Positions 9,955 to 17,546 of a stretch of 26,992 nucleotides of DNA are shown one piece after another (positions within the stretch are counted from its first letter, which is position 1; each line of letters begins with the position of its first letter). The position numbers and the translations under genes are program-made. The notes below the pieces were generated by a model that saw only the letters and a list, made by a program, of their open reading frames with translations, did no database searches and had not been told where the DNA came from. The stretch lies in assembly GCA_043813875.1 (NCBI GenBank), contig JBDRKP010000061.1, positions 1 to 26,992 on the forward strand, written 5' to 3'. Origin of the DNA: an archaeon (lineage in GTDB: Archaea > EX4484-52 > B79-G9).

Positions 9955-10593
9955 TCACTTCCTCGCAACAACTCCCTGCACATCATCCACCCACGCAACA
10001 CTCAAAAAACCAGCCATATTCAACCGCTTGATGATACCCTTGAGATAATTCTTCCCCTGCTTAACCCCTGGCTTTCCGACATAATGAAAAAGCTTTCCGC
10101 CTCTCTTAAGGACACGGAAAAGCTCAGAGTAAAACTCAAGAGAATAAAGTTCAGATGCAAGCGAAACACGAGGCGGGTCATGAAAGATGTAATCAAAAGA
10201 TGCCCCGTCAAATTTCTTGATTTCCAAAGACGCATCTCCATTAACAAGCCCGATTTTAGTGTTATAAAAAAGCTCTCTTGAATACGGATTCTTCCTTGCG
10301 ATAAGAATGACATTCTCATCCTTCTCGATGGTGACGACCTTCACGACACTCTGCCGCCTCGCAGCAAGAATAGCCATATATCCAAGCCCTGTGCAGCAGT
10401 CAAGCACAACCCCCGATACATTCCCAAGCACCCGCATCTTCATACCAGCATCTGTCTTTGGGTCCGTGCCCTTCACCCGATGCATGATGATGCCAGATAT
10501 CTCAAGCGCAGGCCATGTCCCTGTCGGAACAAGCTTATAGAACCGCCGGGTCTTCTCATCGTAAAACTTCATATCATCCGAATCTGAACCCAT
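9955..10593 (-). CDS. Class I SAM-dependent methyltransferase (archaeal COG2521-like)
   Basis: EISGIIMH, VLDCCTGLGY (SAM motif I), HDPPR, LYSLEFY, FHYVG. Confidence 0.85.
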   Translation of the reverse strand: MGSDSDDMKFYDEKTRRFYKLVPTGTWPALEISGIIMHRVKGTDPKTDAGMKMRVLGNVSGVVLDCCTGLGYMAILAARRQSVVKVVTIEKDENVILIARKNPYSRELFYNTKIGLVNGDASLEIKKFDGASFDYIFHDPPRVSLASELYSLEFYSELFRVLKRGGKLFHYVGKPGVKQGKNYLKGIIKRLNMAGFLSVAWVDDVQGVVARK

Positions 10594-10636
10594 AATAAGA
10601 ATAAGTCAATCAAATATTAAATACATCACAGAGCAA

Positions 10637-11455
10637 TCATCCAATAAACACAATTCCCGCATAACCGACAATTGCGCCCTTGTCTTTAGAGACATCATAA
10701 GAAGTCGCATACTTGACCAGCTTTGCCTTCGAACCAGATACAGCAGCAAGAAGCACGGCAATCGGCGCATAGCCGCAGACAGTCGTCTTACTCGCAAGTT
10801 CCAGTGCATCAGCTGCCCGAAAACCTAAGATAGCATCAATGATCTTCTTATCAGTCTTCTCTACCCACTTCACCTCATCCTTGCTTGCAGGCTTGAAGCC
10901 ATACATATCCCCGAAATGCGTAAAATCAGAACTCGCGATGACAATTGCCTTCTTCCCGGAAACAGCCTCGCGGATGGCTTCACCAAGAAGCTCGAAATTC
11001 CTGCCATTCAGGTCAGATGAGACACTGACAGCGACCAGCTTGAAACTCCCGATCACCTTCTGTAAAAAAGGCAGCTGCACCTCAATAGAATGCTCGTACA
11101 TATGGGCAAGCTCATCAGGATGAGCGATTTCACACCGGTCTATAATATCCTGTGCAACCGGAACATCGCACTCGACAACACCGAGAGGCGTCTTCCAGCT
11201 ATCAAGAGAAACAGCAACTCTGTCCCCGACACCACTATGATTAGTACCAAGAACAACAACAACATCATACGCCGGAAGCATCTTATATACATGCGCAGCA
11301 ACAGCACCCGAATACGCATAACCGGCATGAGGGACAATAGCCCCTACAATACAGCTATCCTTCTTGACCTTGACCTTCGACAATATTTCATCTAACTGCT
11401 TATCCAGATTATCTAAAGAAAACGGGTAGAACCCGTCAGCAACCGGTTCTCGCAT
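10637..11455 (-). CDS. MEMO1 family protein (AmmeMemoRadiSam protein B)
   Basis: REPVADGFYP, PHAGYAYSG, EHSIEVQLPFLQ, ASSDFTH, TVCG, VGYA. Position near rps2 is typical for archaea. Confidence 0.92.
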   Translation of the reverse strand: MREPVADGFYPFSLDNLDKQLDEILSKVKVKKDSCIVGAIVPHAGYAYSGAVAAHVYKMLPAYDVVVVLGTNHSGVGDRVAVSLDSWKTPLGVVECDVPVAQDIIDRCEIAHPDELAHMYEHSIEVQLPFLQKVIGSFKLVAVSVSSDLNGRNFELLGEAIREAVSGKKAIVIASSDFTHFGDMYGFKPASKDEVKWVEKTDKKIIDAILGFRAADALELASKTTVCGYAPIAVLLAAVSGSKAKLVKYATSYDVSKDKGAIVGYAGIVFIG

Positions 11456-11614
11456 AGCTTATATTTGTCCTGAGGTGATATTTAAAGTTATTGGATAAGC
11501 GCATCTGTAAAGAGAAACAACCCCTAAACACAACAAAACCATTATACATATTCCTAAAATGGCCGAAAAGATTCATCCTGTCACAAGAATATTGCCCCAT
11601 AGAGCCATTCACAT

Positions 11615-12106
11615 TCATCCCAGGTAAGCAAATACCTCTCCGAGTCCATAAGTCACAAAAGAGACAATGATTGCAGAAGCGACAACGCCAAAAGCAATAA
11701 CAGCAAACGACTTCTTCCTGTCAAGTCCAAGCACGGATGCAAACAAAGCCCCAGTCCACGCCCCGGTACCCGGCAAAGGCACAGCCACGAACCCGAAAAG
11801 AGCAAGCTCTTCATATACCTCAAACTTTTTCCGGTTTTTCTCTATTTTTCTGGCAAGCCTCTTCCCAAGCATCCACTTCACAAACCTCATGAAATGAGCC
11901 TGCTGAAGGAAAAGCAAAATTACCGGCACGACCAGGATATTGGCAAAAAGGGAGCCGAAAAAAACAACAAAAGGATTGATGCCCATAACAGCGCCATAAA
12001 CGATTGCCGCCCTGCACTCACCGAAAGGCAGCAGAGCGATAAGAATCATGACGATGACTGGATCTAACTCGCCAAGCAACCCTAGAACCACAGCCTCTAA
12101 TCCCAT
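11615..12106 (-). CDS. COG2426 'small multi-drug export' family membrane protein
   Basis: Several hydrophobic segments, LPFGECR, signature FVAVPLPGTGAWTG. Confidence 0.85.
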   Translation of the reverse strand: MGLEAVVLGLLGELDPVIVMILIALLPFGECRAAIVYGAVMGINPFVVFFGSLFANILVVPVILLFLQQAHFMRFVKWMLGKRLARKIEKNRKKFEVYEELALFGFVAVPLPGTGAWTGALFASVLGLDRKKSFAVIAFGVVASAIIVSFVTYGLGEVFAYLG

Positions 12107-12160
12107 AACATCAGTTATAAATTATACCCAAAGTTATATAAAGGCAGAATCTGGACCGGA

Positions 12161-12850
12161 TCAGTTCCTGTCTCTCTGCCCGCCACGGCTGGATCTTCCG
12201 CGCTGCTGTCTTGGCCTCTCACCATCTTCACGGCTGAGACTAGGCGTATCAGGCATCTCGAAATCCTCTGCAACATACTTGAACTCTGCATCCCCTTTAA
12301 TGACACCGCGAATCTTTAGATACTCTCTTGCAAGAATCCAGAAAAACAATGCCACAGACTTCTTGCCCTTATTGTTCAAAGGCACTATTAAGTCCACATA
12401 CTGGGGATTATTATAAGTGTCACACAGGCCGATGACAGGTATATTTGCATTATAGGCCTCAAGAAGCGCCTGCTTATCAGCAAAAGGATCTGTGATGACA
12501 ATGATCTTAGGCTCAAAATAGCCGTCATAATGAGGATTTGTCAGAGTCCCAGGCATGAAACGCCCGTATTCAGCATGCACCCCGGCAACAGCCTCAGCAA
12601 ACATCACGACAGACTTATGTCCGTTCTTCTTCCTTGAAACCACCAGTATTTCCCCTGGCTCATATTGGGCAAGCATCTGTGAAGCAAGCCTGATTCTCTC
12701 ATCAATCTTCTGGATGTCAAAAACAGCAAGCTTATCAGACCTGACTTTATAGATATAAGGTGCCATCACCTTCAGTCTCTGTATCATCCCGATATGTATA
12801 CCGGTAGATAGATAAACATTCAACGGAACCAATAATTCTTTCTGCGCCAT
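12161..12850 (-). CDS. rps2: 30S ribosomal protein S2 (uS2)
   Basis: YLSTGIHIG, GRFMPGTLTNP, PVIGLCDT, VPLNNKGKKS, WILARE. Start moved to ATG 12850 with AGGTGA 5 nt upstream. Confidence 0.95.
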   Translation of the reverse strand: MAQKELLVPLNVYLSTGIHIGMIQRLKVMAPYIYKVRSDKLAVFDIQKIDERIRLASQMLAQYEPGEILVVSRKKNGHKSVVMFAEAVAGVHAEYGRFMPGTLTNPHYDGYFEPKIIVITDPFADKQALLEAYNANIPVIGLCDTYNNPQYVDLIVPLNNKGKKSVALFFWILAREYLKIRGVIKGDAEFKYVAEDFEMPDTPSLSREDGERPRQQRGRSSRGGQRDRN

Positions 12851-12980
12851 ACTAATCACCTTAATTTGTTTCGAGTGTTGCAAACTCTATTCCATCTCTA
12901 TAAAAAGAATACAGTGCTAACCAACCTTTCGGCTGATGTGTCAGCAACAAGAGATTCCTGTATTGTCTATCGCTGCACTC
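12851..12980 (-). ncRNA. Structured 5' leader of rps2 (candidate ribosomal leader)
   Basis: TTTATAAA at 13003-13010 predicts a start near 12980. Nested helices GAGUG/CACUC, AAUACAG/CUGUAUU, UGCUGAC/GUUAGCA and UCAGCC-GAAA-GGUUGG. The G-U pairs work only on the minus strand. Confidence 0.5.
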
Positions 12981-13204
12981 AGGATAATCTTGACCCATCA
13001 AGTTTATAAATGTTTAGTATGAACCCAAAATCAGAGGCAACAAGCATGCAGCGTTCCTGCGCAGAAAGCACTTCACAACCTACAGATAGCCTTTCAGATA
13101 TCGAATTATTCATGTTCGTATTTACCAGTCGCCTCATAAAAATACCTGAATCTGACCATATATAAAACTGAAACATACACCTTGCTAAAAGATATCCAAC
13201 ATCC

Positions 13205-13278
13205 AAAAAAGTGCGCTTTTTGCCCCGCCAGTGGGCATAAACTAGAAAAAGCCTCCTTTCTCACCCAGATGAGCGCAC
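13205..13278 (-). other. Multi-helix junction followed by a U6 tract (terminator or small structured RNA)
   Basis: Closing stem GUGCGCU/AGCGCAC (13272-13278/13211-13217), two internal hairpins (13244-13261, 13221-13237), then T6 on the minus strand (13205-13210). Confidence 0.4.
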
Positions 13279-13369
13279 AAAGCCGAAAAATCCGACAAAA
13301 TAGTTGTTAATCTCAATTTGCCCACTCGCTAAATAAAGAAAACGAAACGGAAGCCCCGCCGCACACGAA

Positions 13370-13717
13370 TTAATGCAGCTTATCTATGCGATTTTTCAAC
13401 TGTTTTTTCAAGAATTGATTTAATGCTTCATCAACTGTCTTTTCTTCAGTTACTATAGGTGTAATGTCACTATTTGCCAGATCGTTATATATCCGTTGTC
13501 CCATCCCATAACTGATTACAATATTGCAGTCTTTGACATTTTTAATCATGGCTGAATGGTCGCAACTCCCGCATTCTCCGGAATTTTTGCCAATATTTTC
13601 TCTATACTCTCTATTGGCTGCTTTACCATTTTCAATATCAAAAACTACAAACCCCAAAGCTCTTCCAAAGTGATGTGATATTGTCTTTTTATCATCACTT
13701 GCTATTGCTATCTTCAT
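13370..13717 (-). CDS. NifB/NifX family (dinitrogenase FeMo-cofactor biosynthesis domain) protein, 115 aa
   Basis: MKIAIASDD...ISHHFGRA..F, ISYGMG. Start moved to ATG 13717, overlapping the DUF134 gene end. Confidence 0.88.
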   Translation of the reverse strand: MKIAIASDDKKTISHHFGRALGFVVFDIENGKAANREYRENIGKNSGECGSCDHSAMIKNVKDCNIVISYGMGQRIYNDLANSDITPIVTEEKTVDEALNQFLKKQLKNRIDKLH

Positions 13718-14048
13718 TTTTAAAACCCCCTCTATGACAAAAACCCCTGCCTTTACCAACAACTTTAAAATTTCCGCCCTCTATCTTTAGTGCCTTTCCA
13801 TTTACTATTACATCAGCTATTTTTCTCCTCGCAGATAAGACCAATCTATGAAATGTTGGCTGTGAGATATTCATTTTTTTTGCACATTCTTCCTGGTCAA
13901 GCCCTTCTAAATCTTTTAATCTCACAGCTTCAAATTCATCAACATTTAAAATAGCTTCTTCTAAATCAGCTAAAGGAACGCCTCTGGGCTTGAAATAGGT
14001 TATCTCCGGATTAAATCCTACTCTTCTGCAAAGTCTTGGTCTGGGCAT
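13695..14048 (-). CDS. DUF134 family HTH DNA-binding protein
   Basis: MPRPRLCRRV, YFKPRGVP, EFEAVRLKDLEGLDQEECAKKMNISQPTF...ARRKIAD...GKALKIEGG. Confidence 0.92.
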   Translation of the reverse strand: MPRPRLCRRVGFNPEITYFKPRGVPLADLEEAILNVDEFEAVRLKDLEGLDQEECAKKMNISQPTFHRLVLSARRKIADVIVNGKALKIEGGNFKVVGKGRGFCHRGGFKNEDSNSK

Positions 14049-14050
14049 AT

Positions 14051-14080
14051 TATGAATAATAATTCATATACCTATTTAAA
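14051..14080 (-). promoter_or_regulatory. TATA box plus 18-bp palindromic operator of the DUF134 gene
   Basis: TATGAATAATAATTCATA (14051-14068) lies 4 nt from TTTAAATA (14073-14080, minus strand). Confidence 0.7.
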
Positions 14081-14111
14081 GGTTTCCCGAAACAAAAAGA
14101 AAAGCAAGCAA

Positions 14112-14342
14112 TTACTTGATTTCTTTAAGTCTGTTTTCTATTGCCTGCTTTTCTGTTTCAATCTCTTTGAGTTCTGCTTCAAGGATTTTCTTTTCCTCTG
14201 CTTCCGTCAGGGTAACAGGTCGATTATATCTTAGACCCAATCCCCTGCCAAACCCTCTTCGCATACCACCGCCACAAGGGCCTAACCCTCTTCCAGCCAG
14301 GGACCCTTGTCCAACGGGTCCTGTTCCGTCTCTATTTGGCAT
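14112..14342 (-). CDS. DUF5320 family Gly/Arg-rich small protein (76 aa)
   Basis: MPNRDGTGPVGQGSLAGRGLGPC...GRG followed by a coiled-coil tail. GGAGGT SD upstream of ATG 14342. Confidence 0.88.
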   Translation of the reverse strand: MPNRDGTGPVGQGSLAGRGLGPCGGGMRRGFGRGLGLRYNRPVTLTEAEEKKILEAELKEIETEKQAIENRLKEIK

Positions 14343-14366
14343 TTTTATCAACCTCCATAGTTTAGT

Positions 14367-14396
14367 TATGAATATATATTCATATAACTATTTAAA
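14367..14396 (-). promoter_or_regulatory. TATA box plus perfect 18-bp palindromic operator of the DUF5320 gene
   Basis: TATGAATATATATTCATA (14367-14384) lies 4 nt from TTTAAATA (14389-14396), the same geometry as the 14051 site. Confidence 0.72.
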
Positions 14397-14494
14397 TGTT
14401 CCGATGTTTTTTGGTGCGGTGGGACTTCTAAAATATAGTCTGCTACGCAGAAATTGAAAATACATTTAAAAACTTTCAGCACGATAGATAACGC

Positions 14495-14551
14495 ATGTTC
14501 GGCTATCAGACAAAAAAATCAATATTAACACCCATACTCCCCGCTTACTGA
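14495..14551 (+). CDS. Putative leader peptide of the pro operon (MFGYQTKKSILTPILPAY)
   Basis: ATG lies 22 nt after TTTAAAAA (14465-14472), the leaderless position. Two CCC Pro codons near the end. Followed by a pyrimidine tract and alternative helices. Confidence 0.45.
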   Translation: MFGYQTKKSILTPILPAY

Positions 14552-14636
14552 TAGTCATAGATCTTTCTTTCTTACATAAAAGCGGTTTATGGCGAAACCA
14601 TGATCACTCAGATATAAGACCAAGGAGGTAAGAAAC

Positions 14637-14696
14637 ATGGAAAAGATGACAAAAGGTGGATGTAATCCCATACAGGAACGAACTCAAAGAATGTAG
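14637..14696 (+). other. SD-led uORF (MEKMTKGGCNPIQERTQRM) overlapping the proB start out of frame
   Basis: AAGGAGGT (14622-14629) precedes ATG 14637. The proB frame is +1 relative to it and is closed by TGA at 14647-14649. Confidence 0.5.
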
Positions 14697-15459
14697 GAGG
14701 ATAGTGATAAAGATAGGGACAAACACGATAATAGACAGCGACGGCAGATTCAACCACAGCCTGATAAGAAGCATCGCAGAGGAAATCCGCGATCTCAAAA
14801 AAGAAGAAAGACAATTCGCGATCGTCACAAGCGGCGCAATCGGCCTCGGCAACCGCCACATGGGCTGGAAAAAGACAGAAAGCATAGTAGACAACCAATG
14901 CGCCGCATCCGTCGGCCAGGCGCTCCTCATGCACGCCTACCACGACTGCTTCAAAGAACACGGCCTGATCGTCTCCCAGATCCTCCTCACATACTCAGAC
15001 ATCTTCGATCCCCGCCGGGAAACCACAATCAGAAACCTCACAAAAAGACTCCTAGAGACAGGAATGATACCAATCATAAACGAGAACGACTCCGTCTCCA
15101 CAGAAGAGATAAGCTTCGGTGACAACGACATACTCTCGGCCCACGTCGCAAGGCTCACAGAAGCAGACCTACTGATACTCCTCACAAACACAGACGGCCT
15201 CTACAGGGACATAAAAAAAGAAGACACCATAAACGTAATAGAAAACATAGACCCTGAAATCAAAAAATACATAAGCGAAAAGAAATCACCAGACGGCAAA
15301 GGCGGCATGTCATCAAAACTCATCGCCGCAGAACTCGCAAAAGAATCAGGCATATTGACAGTGATAGCTAAAGGCACAGAAAAAGACATAATAAAAAGAA
15401 TACTGTCTGGAGAACACACAGGGACACTATTCAGCCTTAACGGAGGTAGAAAGAAATGA
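14656..15459 (+). CDS. proB: Glutamate 5-kinase (no PUA domain); true start uncertain
   Basis: RIVIKIGT, VTSGAIGLG, AASVGQ, QILLT, PIINENDSV, FGDNDILSA, GKGGMSSK. Confidence 0.93.
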   Translation: MDVIPYRNELKECRRIVIKIGTNTIIDSDGRFNHSLIRSIAEEIRDLKKEERQFAIVTSGAIGLGNRHMGWKKTESIVDNQCAASVGQALLMHAYHDCFKEHGLIVSQILLTYSDIFDPRRETTIRNLTKRLLETGMIPIINENDSVSTEEISFGDNDILSAHVARLTEADLLILLTNTDGLYRDIKKEDTINVIENIDPEIKKYISEKKSPDGKGGMSSKLIAAELAKESGILTVIAKGTEKDIIKRILSGEHTGTLFSLNGGRKK

Positions 15460-16229
15460 AGCTCGGGATCATAGGAACCGGAAACCTTGGAAAACCAATA
15501 ATAGACCGCATGATAGAAAACAACATCCACATAATGGCAAGCAGCAGGACACCTGCAACATACAGGGGACTGGAAATAACAAGCGACAACAGTCGCCTAG
15601 CAAAGGAATCAGAAATAATCATTCTCGCAGTAAAGCCCCAGTCCATGGATGAGGTCCTGGAAGAGATAAAAGACAACGTAAAAGACAAGCTCATCATAAC
15701 CTTCGCAGCAGGCCTGAAAATCAGCTACTACGAAAAAAGGACCGGCGCAAGAATAGCAAGAGTGATGACAAACATAGCGGTAAGATACGGCAAAGGCATA
15801 AGCGCATACACTCTCTCAAAAACCTGCACAGGGCAAGACAACAAAGAAGTTGAAAAAATCCTTAGATGCCTCGGAAAATCCATCAGGACAGAAGACGAAA
15901 ACGCACTTGATGTGATTACAGGCGTCTCTGGCAGCGGAATCGCATACTTCATAAAAATTATGGACATATTCCAGAAATCAGCCATACAACACGGCATAGA
16001 AGCGAAACAGGCAAAAACAGTAATAACACAGACCGTAAAAGGCGCTCTCGCCATGATGGAAAACACAGGACAGACAAACGATAAACTGATAAGAGAAGTA
16101 GCATCAAAGGGCGGGACAACCGAACAGGGCTTAAAGGAACTGGAAGAAAAAGAAATCGAAAAGATACTGGACGGCACCATAAAAAGAACCATAGAAAAAT
16201 GCAGATCAATAGGTGATGCATACGACTGA
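15456..16229 (+). CDS. proC: Pyrroline-5-carboxylate reductase
   Basis: IGTGNLG Rossmann motif, LAVKPQ, RVMTN, TGVSGSG, VASKGGTT. Confidence 0.93.
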   Translation: MKLGIIGTGNLGKPIIDRMIENNIHIMASSRTPATYRGLEITSDNSRLAKESEIIILAVKPQSMDEVLEEIKDNVKDKLIITFAAGLKISYYEKRTGARIARVMTNIAVRYGKGISAYTLSKTCTGQDNKEVEKILRCLGKSIRTEDENALDVITGVSGSGIAYFIKIMDIFQKSAIQHGIEAKQAKTVITQTVKGALAMMENTGQTNDKLIREVASKGGTTEQGLKELEEKEIEKILDGTIKRTIEKCRSIGDAYD

Positions 16230-17454
16230 CATAAAAGATATCGCAGAAAAAGCAAAAAAAGCATCAATCAAAATATGTAGATTAGATACAGACGAAAAGA
16301 ACGAGATACTGAAAAACATGGCAAAAAGTCTCGACATGAACAGGGCAGAAATCCTCAAGGCAAACGAAATAGACGTAAAAGCCGCAAGAGAAAAGAACAC
16401 AAAAGAATCACTCATAGATAGGCTCGCACTCAGTGACGGGCGCATCAGCCAGATGATAGGATCCATTGAAGAGGTGATCAGGCTAAAAGACCACGTAGGT
16501 GAGATAATCACACAAAAAACCTTAAAAAACGGCCTGGAATTAAAAGAGATCAGAACAGCATTCGGCGTGATCGGCGTCATATACGAATCCAGGCCGAACG
16601 TGACAGTAGACGTTTCCACACTATGCCTGAAAAGCTCATCCGCAGTCATACTCAAAGGCGGCTCTGAGGCGCAGAACACCAACAAAGCAATAGTAAGCGC
16701 ACTAAACACTGCCTGCCCAATAAAAGACGCCATCCAGCTGATAGAATCAACAGACCGGACAGCTACAAAAGATCTCATCCAGCTTGACCGCTACATAGAC
16801 CTCATAATCCCAAGAGGCGGAAAGTCGCTGATACACTTCGTGCGCGAGAACTCAAAGATCCCGGTCATAGAGACAGGCACAGGAAACTGCCACATATATG
16901 TAGACGAAAGCGCCGACATAGACGAGGCAATAAAGATAATAATAAACGCAAAAACCCAAAGGCCGGGCGTATGCAACGCAGCAGAAAAAGTCCTCGTACA
17001 CGAAAATATAGCAGAAGCGATACTGCCGAAACTGAGAGAAGAACTGATTAAAAAAAACGTAGAGATAAGAGGCGACAAAAAGACACAAGAGATAATCAAC
17101 TGTAAGCCTGCTACAGACGAAGACTGGCCAACCGAATACCTGGACCTCATAATAGCCATAAAGATAGTAAAAGACACACAAGAAGCGATAGACCACATCA
17201 ACATTTACGGCACAAGACACTCAGAAGCGATCCTGAGCAAAAACAAAAAGAACATAGACACATTCTTCAAAGAGATAGACGCAGCCGCAGTCTACTCGAA
17301 CGCCTCCACAAGATTCACAGACGGCGGTGAGTTCGGCCTTGGCGCAGAGATAGGCATAAGCACACAGAAGATGCACGCAAGAGGCCCGATGGGACTGATT
17401 GCGCTCACCACGACCAAGTACCTCATAACCGGCAACGGTCAGATCCGGACATGA
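16216..17454 (+). CDS. proA: Gamma-glutamyl phosphate reductase
   Basis: GVIGVIYESRPNVT, LKGGSEA, IPRGG, GVCNAAE (catalytic Cys), NASTRFTDGGEFGLGAEIGISTQKMHARGPMG. Confidence 0.96.
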   Translation: MHTTDIKDIAEKAKKASIKICRLDTDEKNEILKNMAKSLDMNRAEILKANEIDVKAAREKNTKESLIDRLALSDGRISQMIGSIEEVIRLKDHVGEIITQKTLKNGLELKEIRTAFGVIGVIYESRPNVTVDVSTLCLKSSSAVILKGGSEAQNTNKAIVSALNTACPIKDAIQLIESTDRTATKDLIQLDRYIDLIIPRGGKSLIHFVRENSKIPVIETGTGNCHIYVDESADIDEAIKIIINAKTQRPGVCNAAEKVLVHENIAEAILPKLREELIKKNVEIRGDKKTQEIINCKPATDEDWPTEYLDLIIAIKIVKDTQEAIDHINIYGTRHSEAILSKNKKNIDTFFKEIDAAAVYSNASTRFTDGGEFGLGAEIGISTQKMHARGPMGLIALTTTKYLITGNGQIRT

Positions 17455-17546
17455 ATAAGTGCACTTCAGCCCAAACCCACACATAATAAGCAAAAAAAAT
17501 AGACAAAATATTTTTTAACAAAATAAAAATAGAACGCAAGTGCCAG

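Noticed and set aside
12873..12980. 5S rRNA, SRP RNA or RNase P RNA interpretation of the structured region
   Set aside because: It lacks the conserved motifs of these RNAs and is continuous with the rps2 SD.
12979..13206. 75-aa ORF upstream of rps2
   Set aside because: Non-ATG start, overlaps the rps2 TATA box, no recognisable features.
13211..13278. tRNA gene
   Set aside because: No GTTC T-loop, no proper D-arm, and extra bases between the last hairpin and the closing stem.
13370..13717. Nitrogen fixation inferred from the NifB/NifX domain
   Set aside because: This domain is widespread in non-diazotrophic archaea, and no nifHDK genes are in the window.
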